NCBI GenBank assembly: GCA_027923505.1
Contig: BROI01000002.1
Location: forward strand, 1,922,001 to 1,986,000
Length of the DNA: 64,000 nucleotides
Direction of reading: 5' to 3'
From: Mayamaea pseudoterrestris
Lineage: Eukaryota
Below are positions 40,745 to 51,869 of this stretch, piece by piece. The first letter of the stretch is position 1. Each line of letters begins with the position of its first letter. Under the pieces are notes generated by a model. The model was not told the origin of the DNA. It did no database searches and was given only the letters and a program-made list of their open reading frames with translations. A program made the position numbers and the translations under genes.

Positions 40745-41002
40745 CCGCACTTAACGTCTGCGTCGCCTGTGCATAAATAATAATGTATCCTTGCGCAAGG
40801 GTCAAGGGAAGCTCTAGTAGTATTTACTATAGGGATGACACAATGACTGCGTCAGTCGATGCAGGTGTGTTGAGTATCTAAAAGGCATGTGAAAGTACGT
40901 ATGTGTTACGCAAGAGTGGTGCTCGCAAGCAGTAAGATACCGGTAAATGCATTCCATTTAATGTTCCCTATCCTCAACTTCTTCCAATGATCAACTTGTT
41001 TT

Positions 41003-41932
41003 CTATCGCCACCAGTAGTCGTAGTCATCATTATCATCCGAATCATAAAGCCAGAACTCAGCGGGCTCATAATAATAATCGAGATCAGAGTCAATACGAT
41101 AAATATTTCCATCCTCGTCATCACGCTCGTCGTCCTCGTCAATCTGAAGGAGGTTTTGAATGACTTCAAAACCTTGCTCGAGCTTCGAATGCCTCTCGTA
41201 TTGTGGATGAGCCCGTCGTATTTCTAGATACATCATTGGTCCATTGAAAGAGGGATGTAAAAACCGAAAAACGTGCTCAGGTCGATTCGCAGCGACAGCA
41301 TCTGCCAAGGCGTCGAGAAGTAGGTCGACAAGGCCCAAGTCCAAGAGTGGGTCAAGTAGTTGATGTGGCCATCGGTCAGAATGAGTTGCATTAAATGCAT
41401 ACGGCGATTTCAAGGCAGACACGCTCAAGAGCGCGACAAAGCCGATTCCATTCGGATAAACTTGCCGTCGCGCAATCTCCATGAATATATGGATAGTGCG
41501 AGACAAAATGTCGTTGACAAACTTTTCGGAATTAAGAGCCATCAAGGACAATGCTGCCATTGCGTTAAGGACGAACGTCTCATTATTGCGATATAGCTGC
41601 AAGTACTGCACAATCTCTTGAACTCTAGCATATTGCAACTCGCTTCGAACAGGCTTCACTTCCTCCATTAAGGTGCCAATTCTCGAAATACGGCAAAGAC
41701 CATCTTGAATGAGGTCTTCATTGTGCCAATCCACGATGCAACGGGTGATTTCGAAGTTCGGACAGATTCGATTCAGGCTCATTGCAGCGGTTTCGATCTG
41801 ACCCAAAACATCTATTGGAGTGTTGGCAAGAACCGTTGTCGCCTGTTGTTCCATAACAAACAAACCTAGATCGTCGCCGAACATACGTCGTACCAACTGT
41901 TCGGGAAATTTTAACTTGCCTCGGGAAGACAT
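41003..41932 (-). CDS. Uncharacterised protein with an Asp/Tyr-rich tail; paralog of 39526-40542
   Basis: Same shared blocks; 309 aa ORF. Confidence 0.7.
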   Translation of the reverse strand: MSSRGKLKFPEQLVRRMFGDDLGLFVMEQQATTVLANTPIDVLGQIETAAMSLNRICPNFEITRCIVDWHNEDLIQDGLCRISRIGTLMEEVKPVRSELQYARVQEIVQYLQLYRNNETFVLNAMAALSLMALNSEKFVNDILSRTIHIFMEIARRQVYPNGIGFVALLSVSALKSPYAFNATHSDRWPHQLLDPLLDLGLVDLLLDALADAVAANRPEHVFRFLHPSFNGPMMYLEIRRAHPQYERHSKLEQGFEVIQNLLQIDEDDERDDEDGNIYRIDSDLDYYYEPAEFWLYDSDDNDDYDYWWR

Positions 41933-42139
41933 TTGATTTGGTTAGGCAGAGCAAGATACAAATTACAAATCTCGTTATCGAGGCGAGCCTACGGTGAAAA
42001 TGGAGACAAATGCATCGGACTTCTTCGCAGCGACGTTTTCGAGCTTCGCGAGAACATCATCGATGTTGGGTATGTACCGATACAAGATGTGTCACCAAAT
42101 CCATATCCCACCGCTTCGCGGCCGGTTTTTCGAGCTTCT

Positions 42140-42187
42140 CGAGATCATCGTCGAAACGGACCGTCGCCGTGGTACCGGTGCGTCATT
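42140..42187. promoter_or_regulatory. Conserved upstream element, copy 2
   Basis: Same two blocks, upstream of the second paralog. Confidence 0.55.
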
Positions 42188-42290
42188 TTGGTCTGACACT
42201 TCAAATCCGTGACTTGTTTGTGCCGTTCGTTCATTTCACAATGGTGCCCTTCCGCCCATGGGACGGCGCTGCTAAACGAAACGACAAGAG

Positions 42291-43469
42291 ATGAAAGAGA
42301 GCTCGAGATGCGATGCTCTTTTGATTTGTCTAATAATTCATAGTCTCTTCTTACCAAACAGCCATGGATTTACCTTACCGGCGACAAGATGTCCGTCGTC
42401 CTACCGAAGAATTTCCGCATCGTTACATCACCAAGCGCCAAAGTCGCGGCTCACTCAACCTTCACGTCGAACAATTAGCTGTAACGCGAATAGGGATGAT
42501 ACCGATTCAAGTATTGTCAGCAGCCCGCTGTCGCGAGTCACCGGCATGTTGCAGTCCGACTACGCCTTGACATTGTCCGCAATCATGACAATGGCAGGCG
42601 CCATATTGGGACCGCTCCTTGACTCTTATCACAGCAACTTTGGAGTCTTGAAGTACGACTCTCCATTTCAGCTACAGCTGTGGTCCGTGAGCAAGGAACA
42701 TCCGGCCCTTGTGACTTGCTGGTGGGTCCCATTGCTGTTTGGACTGGCCGGATGGCTCATTGGATGGCTGTACGTACTCTATGACGCTGCATTCTTGTCG
42801 ACAACGGCGACGGAAACAAACTATAATCCTACAAATCCAACTGTTCCAAAAATTCTAGTCGGCATTTCCGTCTTTACCTTTCAGTATTGGTTATCCGGAT
42901 TTCTATTTGCAGCTGATGTTGATCGAAGTGTCATCTTTGGCATTATGAGCATGCTAGCCGCCATTGGCTTTGTCACACTCGACAAGACGCTCTCTGGTTT
43001 TATTGCAAACGCATCGACTGCGATTGGAGGTCCGCTCATTGAAGTAGCCTTGCTGAGCTTGGCGCAAAATGGAGGCATGGGCGAGTATGGCTATCACTAC
43101 AATGATCCGGGTGAAACTGGCTTTTTTCCACTTTGGATTTCACCCGTTTACTTTTTGGGAGGACCTGCCGTTGGAAACTTGGCAAGAGGAGTTTGGAATG
43201 CACTAGACGGTAAAGTGGTGGCCGCTGTGGCTTCCAACGCTGCGCCGATGGACGAATCACCCTGCAATGTTTGCGGCGACTCGCGACAAGTGCCTTGTCC
43301 CAACTGCGACGGCGTTGGAACATACACTGCCATGGGGAATCGAGTAACTACTTGTACCTCGTGTCGAGGGCGAGGTTTTGTCATATGTCGAGCTTGCTTT
43401 GGAAGGTATGGTGAAGACCCTTACGACATTAACGCCATTCGTGAACTCATGTCCCGAATGCCTGACTGA
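42291..43469 (+). CDS. INSIG-like membrane protein with a C-terminal DnaJ-type zinc finger, likely plastid-targeted
   Basis: Signal plus HG-F motif; GAILGPLLDSYH...GVLKY, WWVPLLFG, GGPLIE; CNVCGD...CPNCDGVG...CTSCRGRG...CRAC. Confidence 0.65.
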   Translation: MKESSRCDALLICLIIHSLFLPNSHGFTLPATRCPSSYRRISASLHHQAPKSRLTQPSRRTISCNANRDDTDSSIVSSPLSRVTGMLQSDYALTLSAIMTMAGAILGPLLDSYHSNFGVLKYDSPFQLQLWSVSKEHPALVTCWWVPLLFGLAGWLIGWLYVLYDAAFLSTTATETNYNPTNPTVPKILVGISVFTFQYWLSGFLFAADVDRSVIFGIMSMLAAIGFVTLDKTLSGFIANASTAIGGPLIEVALLSLAQNGGMGEYGYHYNDPGETGFFPLWISPVYFLGGPAVGNLARGVWNALDGKVVAAVASNAAPMDESPCNVCGDSRQVPCPNCDGVGTYTAMGNRVTTCTSCRGRGFVICRACFGRYGEDPYDINAIRELMSRMPD

Positions 43470-43550
43470 TGCAAACACTGAATGTTTGGTTTTTAATTAA
43501 AAAAAATGCTCCTTAAATATAAAGATGATGTAAGCAGCTTAGAGTTCATT

Positions 43551-46500
43551 TTACCTCTTCTGCTTCTTCTTTTCATTTCGTGATTGCTTGGCACTTGATT
43601 CTGATGCGTTTCGTTTGGCCGTCGGTAATTCTTCTGAATCTTTAACAAACTGCGGCGACACCAAATCCACCACGAGTTCTCGCTGATGATCCTCAAACTC
43701 GCGCACCCAAATGCGTACTCGGACCTTTTGGAATACATGGAGAGTCTTTGCTATCTTGCCGTCGCCATAGGTGAGCTTGTGTTCGGCCGGAAAGCGGTGT
43801 AATTTGGGATCGTCTGCTTCAATGCCAATGCTGACTTTACTTTCAATGCCATAGCGAGGGACAATGATGCGACACGACGGTTTGCTGGATTCTTCTGTAG
43901 TTACGTCCAACACATACGCATCTTCCGCCCTGGCGCCATCACCCGCAAAGAAAATTAGCGTGTGTAGCTGAACACTGGCTCGGCCGGCAAGTTGAGCCGC
44001 ACGGTGTCTCCGATTCATGTTGGCGCATAGCTCGTGCATGTACGATTTCGACGATAAATGCTGAGGCAGCGGGGCGACACCAACTGCAGCAGCCAGCAGG
44101 CGATGGACGCACACGTCGGCGTACCGTCGGATGGGAGACGTAAAATGCGTGTAGACAGGAGCAGCGAGGCCATAGTGGTGCCACTCGCTTGGCCGAAACT
44201 CTCCAGAGCAAAAGTATTGCGCCGGGCTCATGCATCGTGTCGACAGAATGCGGAGTAACTTGTTCACGTATGGATCTGACTCCACCTCTGCTGCATTCAG
44301 CGAATCGGCTAGTCGCTTCGAGTCATCAATGTCCAACTTTAGCCCTTGACTTTCTGCCTTGCTAATGAGACTGTCAAACATGGCTCGATTAGGAGCTGGG
44401 TGGCGCCGGAGCACCGACAAGGTAGGGTACTGCCGCAATATTCGCTTAGAAACTGTAACATTGGCGAACAACATGAATTCTTCCACAACCGAGTTTGCTT
44501 CCAGCAACGCGTACGCCTGCACATCCGTGGGATTGAGCGACTCGCTGTCCAACACAAACTTGACTTCGGGAGATGCCAATGTCAATGCTCCGGCGTCAAT
44601 TCGTCGTTGACGAAGCTTGCGTGCCAGTGCAGCAAGTCCCTTCACAGCGCAAGCTTTCACATCCTTTGGGTCGTCTGGTTGGTCAATCATGCTCTGCGCC
44701 TGTTGGTAGGTTAATGCAGCAATGGAGTGGATGATTGTTTTCTTAAAATCAACGTTAATAATCTCCGCCTCTGGGGTGACTTCCCAAAGAACTGAAAAAG
44801 CGTAGCGGTCCACATTTCCTTTGAGACTGCACAAGTCAGTCGTTAGCAGCGAAGGAAGCATATCAATGCGTTTGTTAACGAGATAGGTGGATGTCGATCG
44901 GTTTGCTGCTTCCAAGTCCATGGCACACCCGGCCTTTACGTAGTGTCCAACATCCGCAATATGAACGCCTATCTCAAAATTCCCATTGGGTAGTCTGAGG
45001 CAATGTAGTGCGTCGTCAATGTCCTTGCAGCCCGGCGGATCAATCGACAAAACTGGCAAATGCCGTAGATCCTCACGGCCAGGACTATTCTCGATATCAA
45101 TCTTGTAATTTTCCGGGGGGAGACATGCGAGAACCGCTGCCGGAAATGGTTCGTGAGGAATGTCATGCTCAGAGAGTAGAACCTCAGTCTCAACATCCTT
45201 GGAGCCAACGGGGCCAATCGTTCGAACGTAATGGCCCAGCGGATATGGCGAGTTTGTCGGCCAGGAGTCAATCGCTACAATAATGCGCTGCCCAATCAGA
45301 CGATCACGCTGCGTCGTTCGCATGAGAATAGGAGGCAGCTTCTTGTCGACTGGGAAAAAGACACACGTACAGCTCCCATCGTTATGTTCTCGCTCGTGTT
45401 CGGCTGCAATCGTCTCCTTCTCTGACAATGTATCCTTGTTTTCCTTACGCAACATGGAGCTATAAATGGATCCCGACTGGTTTGTAAAGTTGCGCTTCAA
45501 AATCCCCACGACACGCCCCGTTGGCCTAAGCGTCTTGCCGGCAGCGTCAATCGTTTCGGATGTGTTTTCTATTTCGGCAGCACTCGGCTCCGCCGTGTCG
45601 CTGGCAATGGCAGCACCTTGACTCGAATCCTCGTTTTTAGCCGCTACGGAAGTGGGCAAGCCAGTATTGATCCATTGATCCAATGAGTTCAATGCAATGG
45701 CCACAACGTCTCCATTCAATGCACGATTATTATCAGAATCGGTTGGAATCGTAACCGCTACCCTATCATTGCCTTGTCGAATCGTCACAATGGCTTCATC
45801 GGCCGACGACCGGCGCAAGGTGCCACGAAAGTACGATCCACTGGCAATGCCGCGCGACAAGTTTGAAGCGTCAAGGTGAGCTGGAAACAAATCCTTTCGT
45901 TCCCCGCCGTTTGCTGACAGTGAGGTACCGGCACTGCTACTTTCAAACTGCGCCACCCAGTCCATCAGGTTCAAGCCTGGCGTTTGCGACTCCAGTTCCG
46001 TCGCCCACGAGCGGACCGAAAGCGCCCGATAGGTTGGCTCGCTGCTGTCACGAGCAGCAGTAGCCAGTTTGCGCGAGGCAGCATCGTCCGTCAGCAACAC
46101 GACTCGCACATTGGTGCCGTGCAAGTGGCGCGCGTAAAAGGCAGCGACGCGACGAATCCGCGCGTCGTTTTCGTCGTTGGGTGACATTCGGTTAGGCGGT
46201 CGTTTTCCGTCTACTGCCATGTCATGATCAATGGCAGTCTCGCAGTGAAACATGTCGGAAAGAAAAATGCAGCATCGCTGTACTTGTTTCGTTGCAATCG
46301 TCTTGTCGCTGCTGCTGGTTTGATTCTGATGAATGGTGCGCAGCAAGTCCACCGTTCGATCGTACATGACGACGCGATTCTTGCGGCACTCCATCAGACT
46401 CGTCTGCGGAACCACCAAATTCAAACGTGGCGCATGCTCCAGAACGTCTAGATTGTGAATCAACACATTGGCGTCAACAATGACGAGTTGCTGCGAGTCT

Positions 46501-46630
46501 CCCGACGGTTCCACCAGCAACGAAACAAGCTGCTGAACACTTTCGATAACGCTAGGCTGTCCAACAACCTTCTCCAAAACTCGCTGATCCTTTTTGCTAC
46601 CATCTTTTTCAGCAACATAGTGACATCCTA
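43551..46630 (-). CDS. DIS3: Exosome exoribonuclease DIS3/RRP44, main body (PIN, CSD, RNB, S1), downstream of the insertion
   Basis: IVDANV (PIN), NDENDARIR, SIDPPGCKDIDDALH, GVHIADV, VEEFML.AN, HYGLA...YTHFTSPIRRYAD. Confidence 0.95.
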
Positions 46631-46711
46631 TTATCCCTAACTAATAACCGCACTCAGTCGGTTTTCATTTTCGCGCGCGTTGCGCACCTCCGCCGCCCAT
46701 CAAAAACGCAT
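46631..46711 (+). repeat. Left TIR
   Basis: Reverse complement of 48656-48737, with one indel and one mismatch. Confidence 0.92.
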
Positions 46712-47401
46712 CCGTTTTTTGCCATCATTTTCCCTTTTTCAACCGTGGGTGCTTCTTTCGTTCGATCCCAAGCCTCTATAAGTAATCAATGATTGTAAGT
46801 AGACTAAGTTTAATATTGCGCATTCAACGGTGTACTTGGTTTTTCCATACTGGTCCCGTTTTGAGTGCTTTTGCGACCTCCAAACCGCATCGTTGCCGCT
46901 GCTTTAGACGGCAAACACGGCACCAAGCGCTGCGCTATTAAAGAGCTTGTTTGGCCCTCAATGTCTAACAAGCACGTAAACTCATTATACAGGATTACTA
47001 TTCTCCAAAAGAAACGTCAAAGGTTGTCGTTCACCCAATTTTTATGGGCTCATCAAGACGCTGCTTGTCGACGAAACCACCATGACAAACAATTTCTCGC
47101 CAAACCTCGCCAACTCTATTCGCAACGACCTAGAACGGCGGAATATACAAGAGCGGCAGCACCTACACCTATACAGATAAAGTAAAGGTTGCGCTAGTGT
47201 ACGAACAGCTCAAGGAAGGGAATGCAAAATTTTCCTCGCGCAAGGTTGTTGCTGCAGCTTGATTGAGCTTTGGCAATGTTTTATAGCGGCAGTGGATAGA
47301 TGGAGGCGTCTTCCTTGGCAACTCTTGTCGAGGCCATTGGTTCCTTTTGATTCGACTGTTTGTTAATTGTTGGCGAGTCCTCGACGATCGGTAAGCTTGC
47401 G

Positions 47402-47742
47402 TTGAGCTGACACGCTGACACCGCGGTACGACGTCTCGAAGACGAGGAGGAGTATTGAGCTATTGAATGACAAGGGGAGAATCAGATCTCTATAGATGGA
47501 TCTTTTGAGGATTACAAGAGAAGGAGCTCTCGATACTAATCAATAGCGTAATGTATACTTAAGCTGCTTATTGGATGGTTTTGAGCTGACATCACGGTAC
47601 GACGTCTCTAAGACAAGGAGTATTCTAGCTATTGAATCACAAGCCGATCCTTTGGATCTCTATAGATGGATCTTTTGAGGATTACGAGAGAAGGTATCAA
47701 TCAATAGCGTAACGCATACTTAATCTGCTTATTGCATGATTT
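47402..47742 (+). repeat. Diverged tandem duplication (~170-bp period) inside the element
   Basis: Both units start TTGAGCTGAC; identical 31-bp core at 47485-47515 and 47655-47685. Confidence 0.85.
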
Positions 47743-48655
47743 ACCCATCTACGTTAGGACAGGTTTATCCATTGACGTTAGTTTATGCGTCCGGCGTCCG
47801 TATAGACCTGATTGAAATTGCTTAGGTAACGATGCAAGTGGCCTTTGCTATTGAAAAGCACTAGCGTGGGAGCTTGTTGCGTCCACGATGGTAAAGAATG
47901 TTTCATTTGAGGCGTTTATTTTAGCCTTCTCTGTTTCAATGGGTAATCGACAATCGACTCAATGCGTCTGCAATCTTGTTGTCTTTGCCTTTGATGTAAT
48001 AGAACCTGTATTTTCCTGAGTGCTTCCACAATACCAAGCATCTCTCGTTCTCCTATTGTATATTGGTACTTCTTTTGCGCCAATGATAGCTTGCGACGGA
48101 AGAATGCGATTGGTCTTCCTCATTGCAATATAACGGCTCCCAATTGCGAGTAGCTTTCGACGTGCATGGCGACTCTTGCCCAACTGCATGCTTACAAATG
48201 CCATTTACATGATTGGTCAAGAGTATGACGTGTTCAATAGCTTTTAGAGCGCCAGCAATAGAGCCTCTGTGGAGGTTCATTCCGACAGCGTTTGTCGGCC
48301 AGCAACAAACCTTTTTCTGCGGCATGCTAAAGCACCATTCAATGGATTCAAGTAAATCTTTTACGTGAAACCTATCCTGTATAATGTATAGAAGCGATGT
48401 GTGAGTGTATACTATAGGAGGAAATGGACTAGCGCTGTAAATTGAGGCTGTGCTGACGACGAGGATGAAACGGGTGCAACGCGACCAAAAAGGTGCTACG
48501 GCGGGACCAATACTCATTCGACGACAAAACCAAGTACATAGTTCGATGCCGCTTACCGAACTTGATAGATCTAGTGCTTTAAATCAATGAAAACGGCATA
48601 TTATAAGCTTTGAAAGACGAAAGTGAATGCTTTGGGCGATGGTCGATGGGCGGAC

Positions 48656-48737
48656 ATGCTTTTTTGATGGGCGGCGGAGGTGCGCAACGCGCGCGAAAAT
48701 GAAAAGCCGACTGAGTGCGGTTATTAGTTAGGGATAA
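48656..48737 (-). repeat. Right TIR
   Basis: Reverse complement of 46631-46711. Confidence 0.92.
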
Positions 48738-48965
48738 TAGTCCCAAGTCGTCTCGCAAGTAGTCTTCCTTGACTTGCTTTAATATCTTTCCTCGACGCGA
48801 CTGCCGAAAGAAGGATTTGCGCTGGTAGAGGGTTGGTGCCGTTGTTACCAAGTCATTGGCGCCCAAGTCGTCGTCATCCATTATATCCTCCTCCTCCTCC
48901 TCCTCCTCGGGAGTGTCATAGTGGACTTGGTCCATTTCATCAATGTTATTTTCCAAGTCATACAT
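48738..48965 (-). CDS. DIS3: DIS3/RRP44 N-terminal coding segment, upstream of the insertion (start codon uncertain)
   Basis: KSFFRQSRRGKILKQVKEDYLRDDLG matches the conserved DIS3 N-terminus. It joins GCHY... in frame once the element and one TA are removed. Confidence 0.85.
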
Positions 48966-49146
48966 GATGCTGCGTTTGTGATGATGTTGTGATCTTCCTT
49001 GGCATAATCCGCGATGTTGCAAAATCGATGGCTCGCGCGGTGTAGTCGGACTGGTACTACCCTGTCCCACTACGACACGTCTTGATTCTCGCGCTCGTTC
49101 CATCATCCGTTTTCGCCATGACTGATCCATTACAAAGCTTCCATCA

Positions 49147-50420
49147 ATGATGCGACGGCAGCGTCTCCTTTGTACACTCTTCACTACAGCAACAGCTCTG
49201 GTGACGGTCTTGTCGCTAGAAATGACTAGTAGAAGCCTAGTTCGGATATCTGAATCAGTGTGGAGAGCATCGGCAACCCAACACTCGCATCGAATACGAG
49301 AGTTGCTGCAACCTGGCTTGCTGCTGCCGGCTGAAACGACCAGGCAACAACGACGACCATCATCCGAGCATGAATCGAACGACTGGACGGCTCTTGATCC
49401 AAAACATCCAACGTACAACTTTTTAATCGAGTATTACGGACTCAAGGGAGGCAAAGGACCCCGACGATTAGCAAGATGGTCTCCCGATTTTGGAACGTTG
49501 CTAGCAGCTCATACGATAATGCGACAAGAAGATGGCAATGACATAAATACCGGACAGCAATATATCGGAATACTGCTTGAAGGAGCCAATCAAGATGACT
49601 TGGGAAGCACCTTGCATTTACGTGGCGCAGTTTCACATTCCGACGGCATTGTCTATTCACCACGACAGTTCTACTCCACTTACACCATGGAAGACGCCAC
49701 TCGCGCAGCAACAGCCTTTGTCTGGTATCGATCCATTCTAGAAGCAACGCTCAAAGCGGAACCCGTCTTGCACTGCTACGGCTTGCACGAATGGGCCATG
49801 CAGTACTGGCCCGACGATGGCATTGCACAGCAACCTCCTTCGGCAAAGTACCAAAGCCACTTGCCGCTCCGCGTAAATAGAACCACCATTAACGAAACGG
49901 TGGAACGCAAGGGTGTATCGTGTACGCACGTTGACGCGCTCCGCTTCTTTGCGCCGGCGGCGGCGCCACTGAACCACCACGGACAAGCTTTGCAACGAGT
50001 CGACCAGTTGAAACTCGAGCAACCAGCCTGCGTGCACGCGCACATGGATTTGCTCAAGATTGCACTAAAGCTACAACCATTCTGTGACTCTGTATTGCTG
50101 CAGCGAGTGTTGCAGGTTTGTTTGGAGGCGCGCCAGTTGGATGTTGCGGCGAGTCCGTACGACGTCACGACGAAGTATAACATATCAGCCATTGCCATTT
50201 TGAAACGCCACAGGGACGGGCCGAGTATAAGCGCAGGCAGTTACAGCTCATGCAGGAGACCAGACCGGTTCGGGAGGATTTGCTGCAAGCGTATCAAACG
50301 TTTATGAGTTGCGCGTTTGATGAATCAGTCTTGACGCTGGCCGAACAATCACCCATGGCGGAACGATTCGCCGTGGCTGCGCCGGGGAGCGAGCCGTGGA
50401 GACGGAATCTAGCCATATAA
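49147..50420 (+). CDS. Homolog of a bacterial family often labelled '3-methyladenine DNA glycosylase' (function doubtful); frameshift near 50198-50201
   Basis: KHPTYNFLIEYY, CYGLHEWAMQY, CTHVDALRFF, EQPACVHAHMDL, LDVAASPYD. The family-type tail ETPQGRAEYKRRQ lies in a shifted frame ending TAA at 50420. Confidence 0.7.
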
Positions 50421-50573
50421 AATTTTTATACTGGTGCATAATTATTAGTATTCTGTATAAATCGTAATGGTGAAGGCGACTCTGTATGTATGCAATGCAA
50501 TCTCACTTTTGTGTCAAATGCACAGTTGAAACTCAACACAATTCTCCGCGCTGCTTTACAAACTCTGTCACAT

Positions 50574-51518
50574 TTAGCTCCATCCCTGTTTCGTCATCCA
50601 CTGCTCAAAGCGGTAGCACTGGTTGTTCGTAAACCAGTTGCTCGCCAAGCAAGTGACGAGTAGCATTCGCATGTTCGTCTCGAATCCAACTGGATTGTCA
50701 CCACGATTTTTCTCGAGAGCGTCGTTGAGCGCTCGGACGCAGCCATAAATCTTGTTACGATCAATGGTATCTGGCTTGTTGTCAATGAATCGAGAAATTA
50801 TTTGGGACAATGCCACGACGGAATCGCGGCCGTAATTGTAGGTGCTGAGAGAGACTTCCGGGACGAGCAACTTTCCAATCAAATGCGACTTCCACTTGAC
50901 GATTTGCTTGTGCAAGCATTCCAATTCATCTTGCCGAGATTGCATAGTCGCTTGCAATGATGTCACTTGCAGCTTCAAAGTCCGAACATTGCTTTGGAGT
51001 TCTTGGCGTTGCTTGCTAGACGCTGCAGATTGATCGTTCGCCGTACGCAACTGTGTCGTCAGACGACCAAGCTCGGCATCGCGACGCTTCATGTCTGCCT
51101 TCAGTGTCTCGCATTCCTTCTTGAAGAGCTCAATCTTCTGCTCCAGCTCTTTTGTACGGCCAAAAGCTTGACAGCTTTTGTAGTGAGCTTCTGCATCGAC
51201 AATACTTCCAGTCCAGTTGCATCCGTGTTCATGATTGCCGCATTTCATTGTAATTTCAGTCCAAAGTCGGTATGACAACGAGCCTGCCTTCAAAGGCACC
51301 ATCTCAGTGTATGGTACGCGACAGGTCGGACAATCACTCGACTGTTTGAGTGCGGAAATGCAGGCCTGGCAAAACATGTGCTCGCAAGTAGCTGCCGCGA
51401 CGGGCGACATTGGCACTTCAAGGCAGATAGCGCAGGTCAAATGAGCAGACACCTCGTCCGGCTTCAAAGGAACAGGGAGACTACTCATGGCGCTGGTGCT
51501 CATTGGGTTGATGGACAC
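50574..51518 (-). CDS. RING finger / TRAF-type zinc finger / coiled-coil protein (E3 ligase-like), copy A
   Basis: CAIC...CEHMFCQAC...CPTCR; C.N...GC.WTG...H..SC; coiled coil. Confidence 0.85.
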   Translation of the reverse strand: MSINPMSTSAMSSLPVPLKPDEVSAHLTCAICLEVPMSPVAAATCEHMFCQACISALKQSSDCPTCRVPYTEMVPLKAGSLSYRLWTEITMKCGNHEHGCNWTGSIVDAEAHYKSCQAFGRTKELEQKIELFKKECETLKADMKRRDAELGRLTTQLRTANDQSAASSKQRQELQSNVRTLKLQVTSLQATMQSRQDELECLHKQIVKWKSHLIGKLLVPEVSLSTYNYGRDSVVALSQIISRFIDNKPDTIDRNKIYGCVRALNDALEKNRGDNPVGFETNMRMLLVTCLASNWFTNNQCYRFEQWMTKQGWS

Positions 51519-51869
51519 TAGCAGACTCTGCCAGGAGCAACGACAACAACATAAGCAATTTCACGTCGCCGCGCTCGTCCGATCATTCTCGTTGGCGATG
51601 CGAATATCGTTTGATTTCATTCGCGCTAACCGTGAATGCGACATCTAGCTATCTAATTGCTACCAGAAGCAGTCCGATTTGGAATCATTCGTTCACCGTT
51701 GATGCGCGTCGCAGCGTCAAAACTTCCCAAGTACAGTAACATTACAAAAGTAGTGCGTATTTTATATAATATAGAGTGCGTCGCAAGCTGTTGATATCTC
51801 CAGCTCATAAAGCGTATTTCATATTATGCATATGAAATGAGCGTGTACGGAGCCCGGACGAAGCGATCC

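Larger units (their letters stand above)
46631..48737. mobile_element. Non-autonomous TIR DNA transposon (2107 bp) with a TA target-site duplication
   Basis: ~80-bp TIRs starting TTATCCCTAACTAATAACCGCACTCAGTCGG; TA at 46629-46630 and 48738-48739; no recognisable transposase inside. Confidence 0.9.

Noticed and set aside
46631..48737. piggyBac or Helitron assignment (CCC...GGG near the ends; TC...CTAATAA start)
   Set aside because: There is no direct TTAA duplication, and both ends are long inverted repeats. A TA duplication restores the host frame exactly.
48579..49418. 279-aa ORF as an independent gene
   Set aside because: It is a chimera: antisense of the neighbouring gene, the DIS3 N-terminus and read-through into the transposon TIR.
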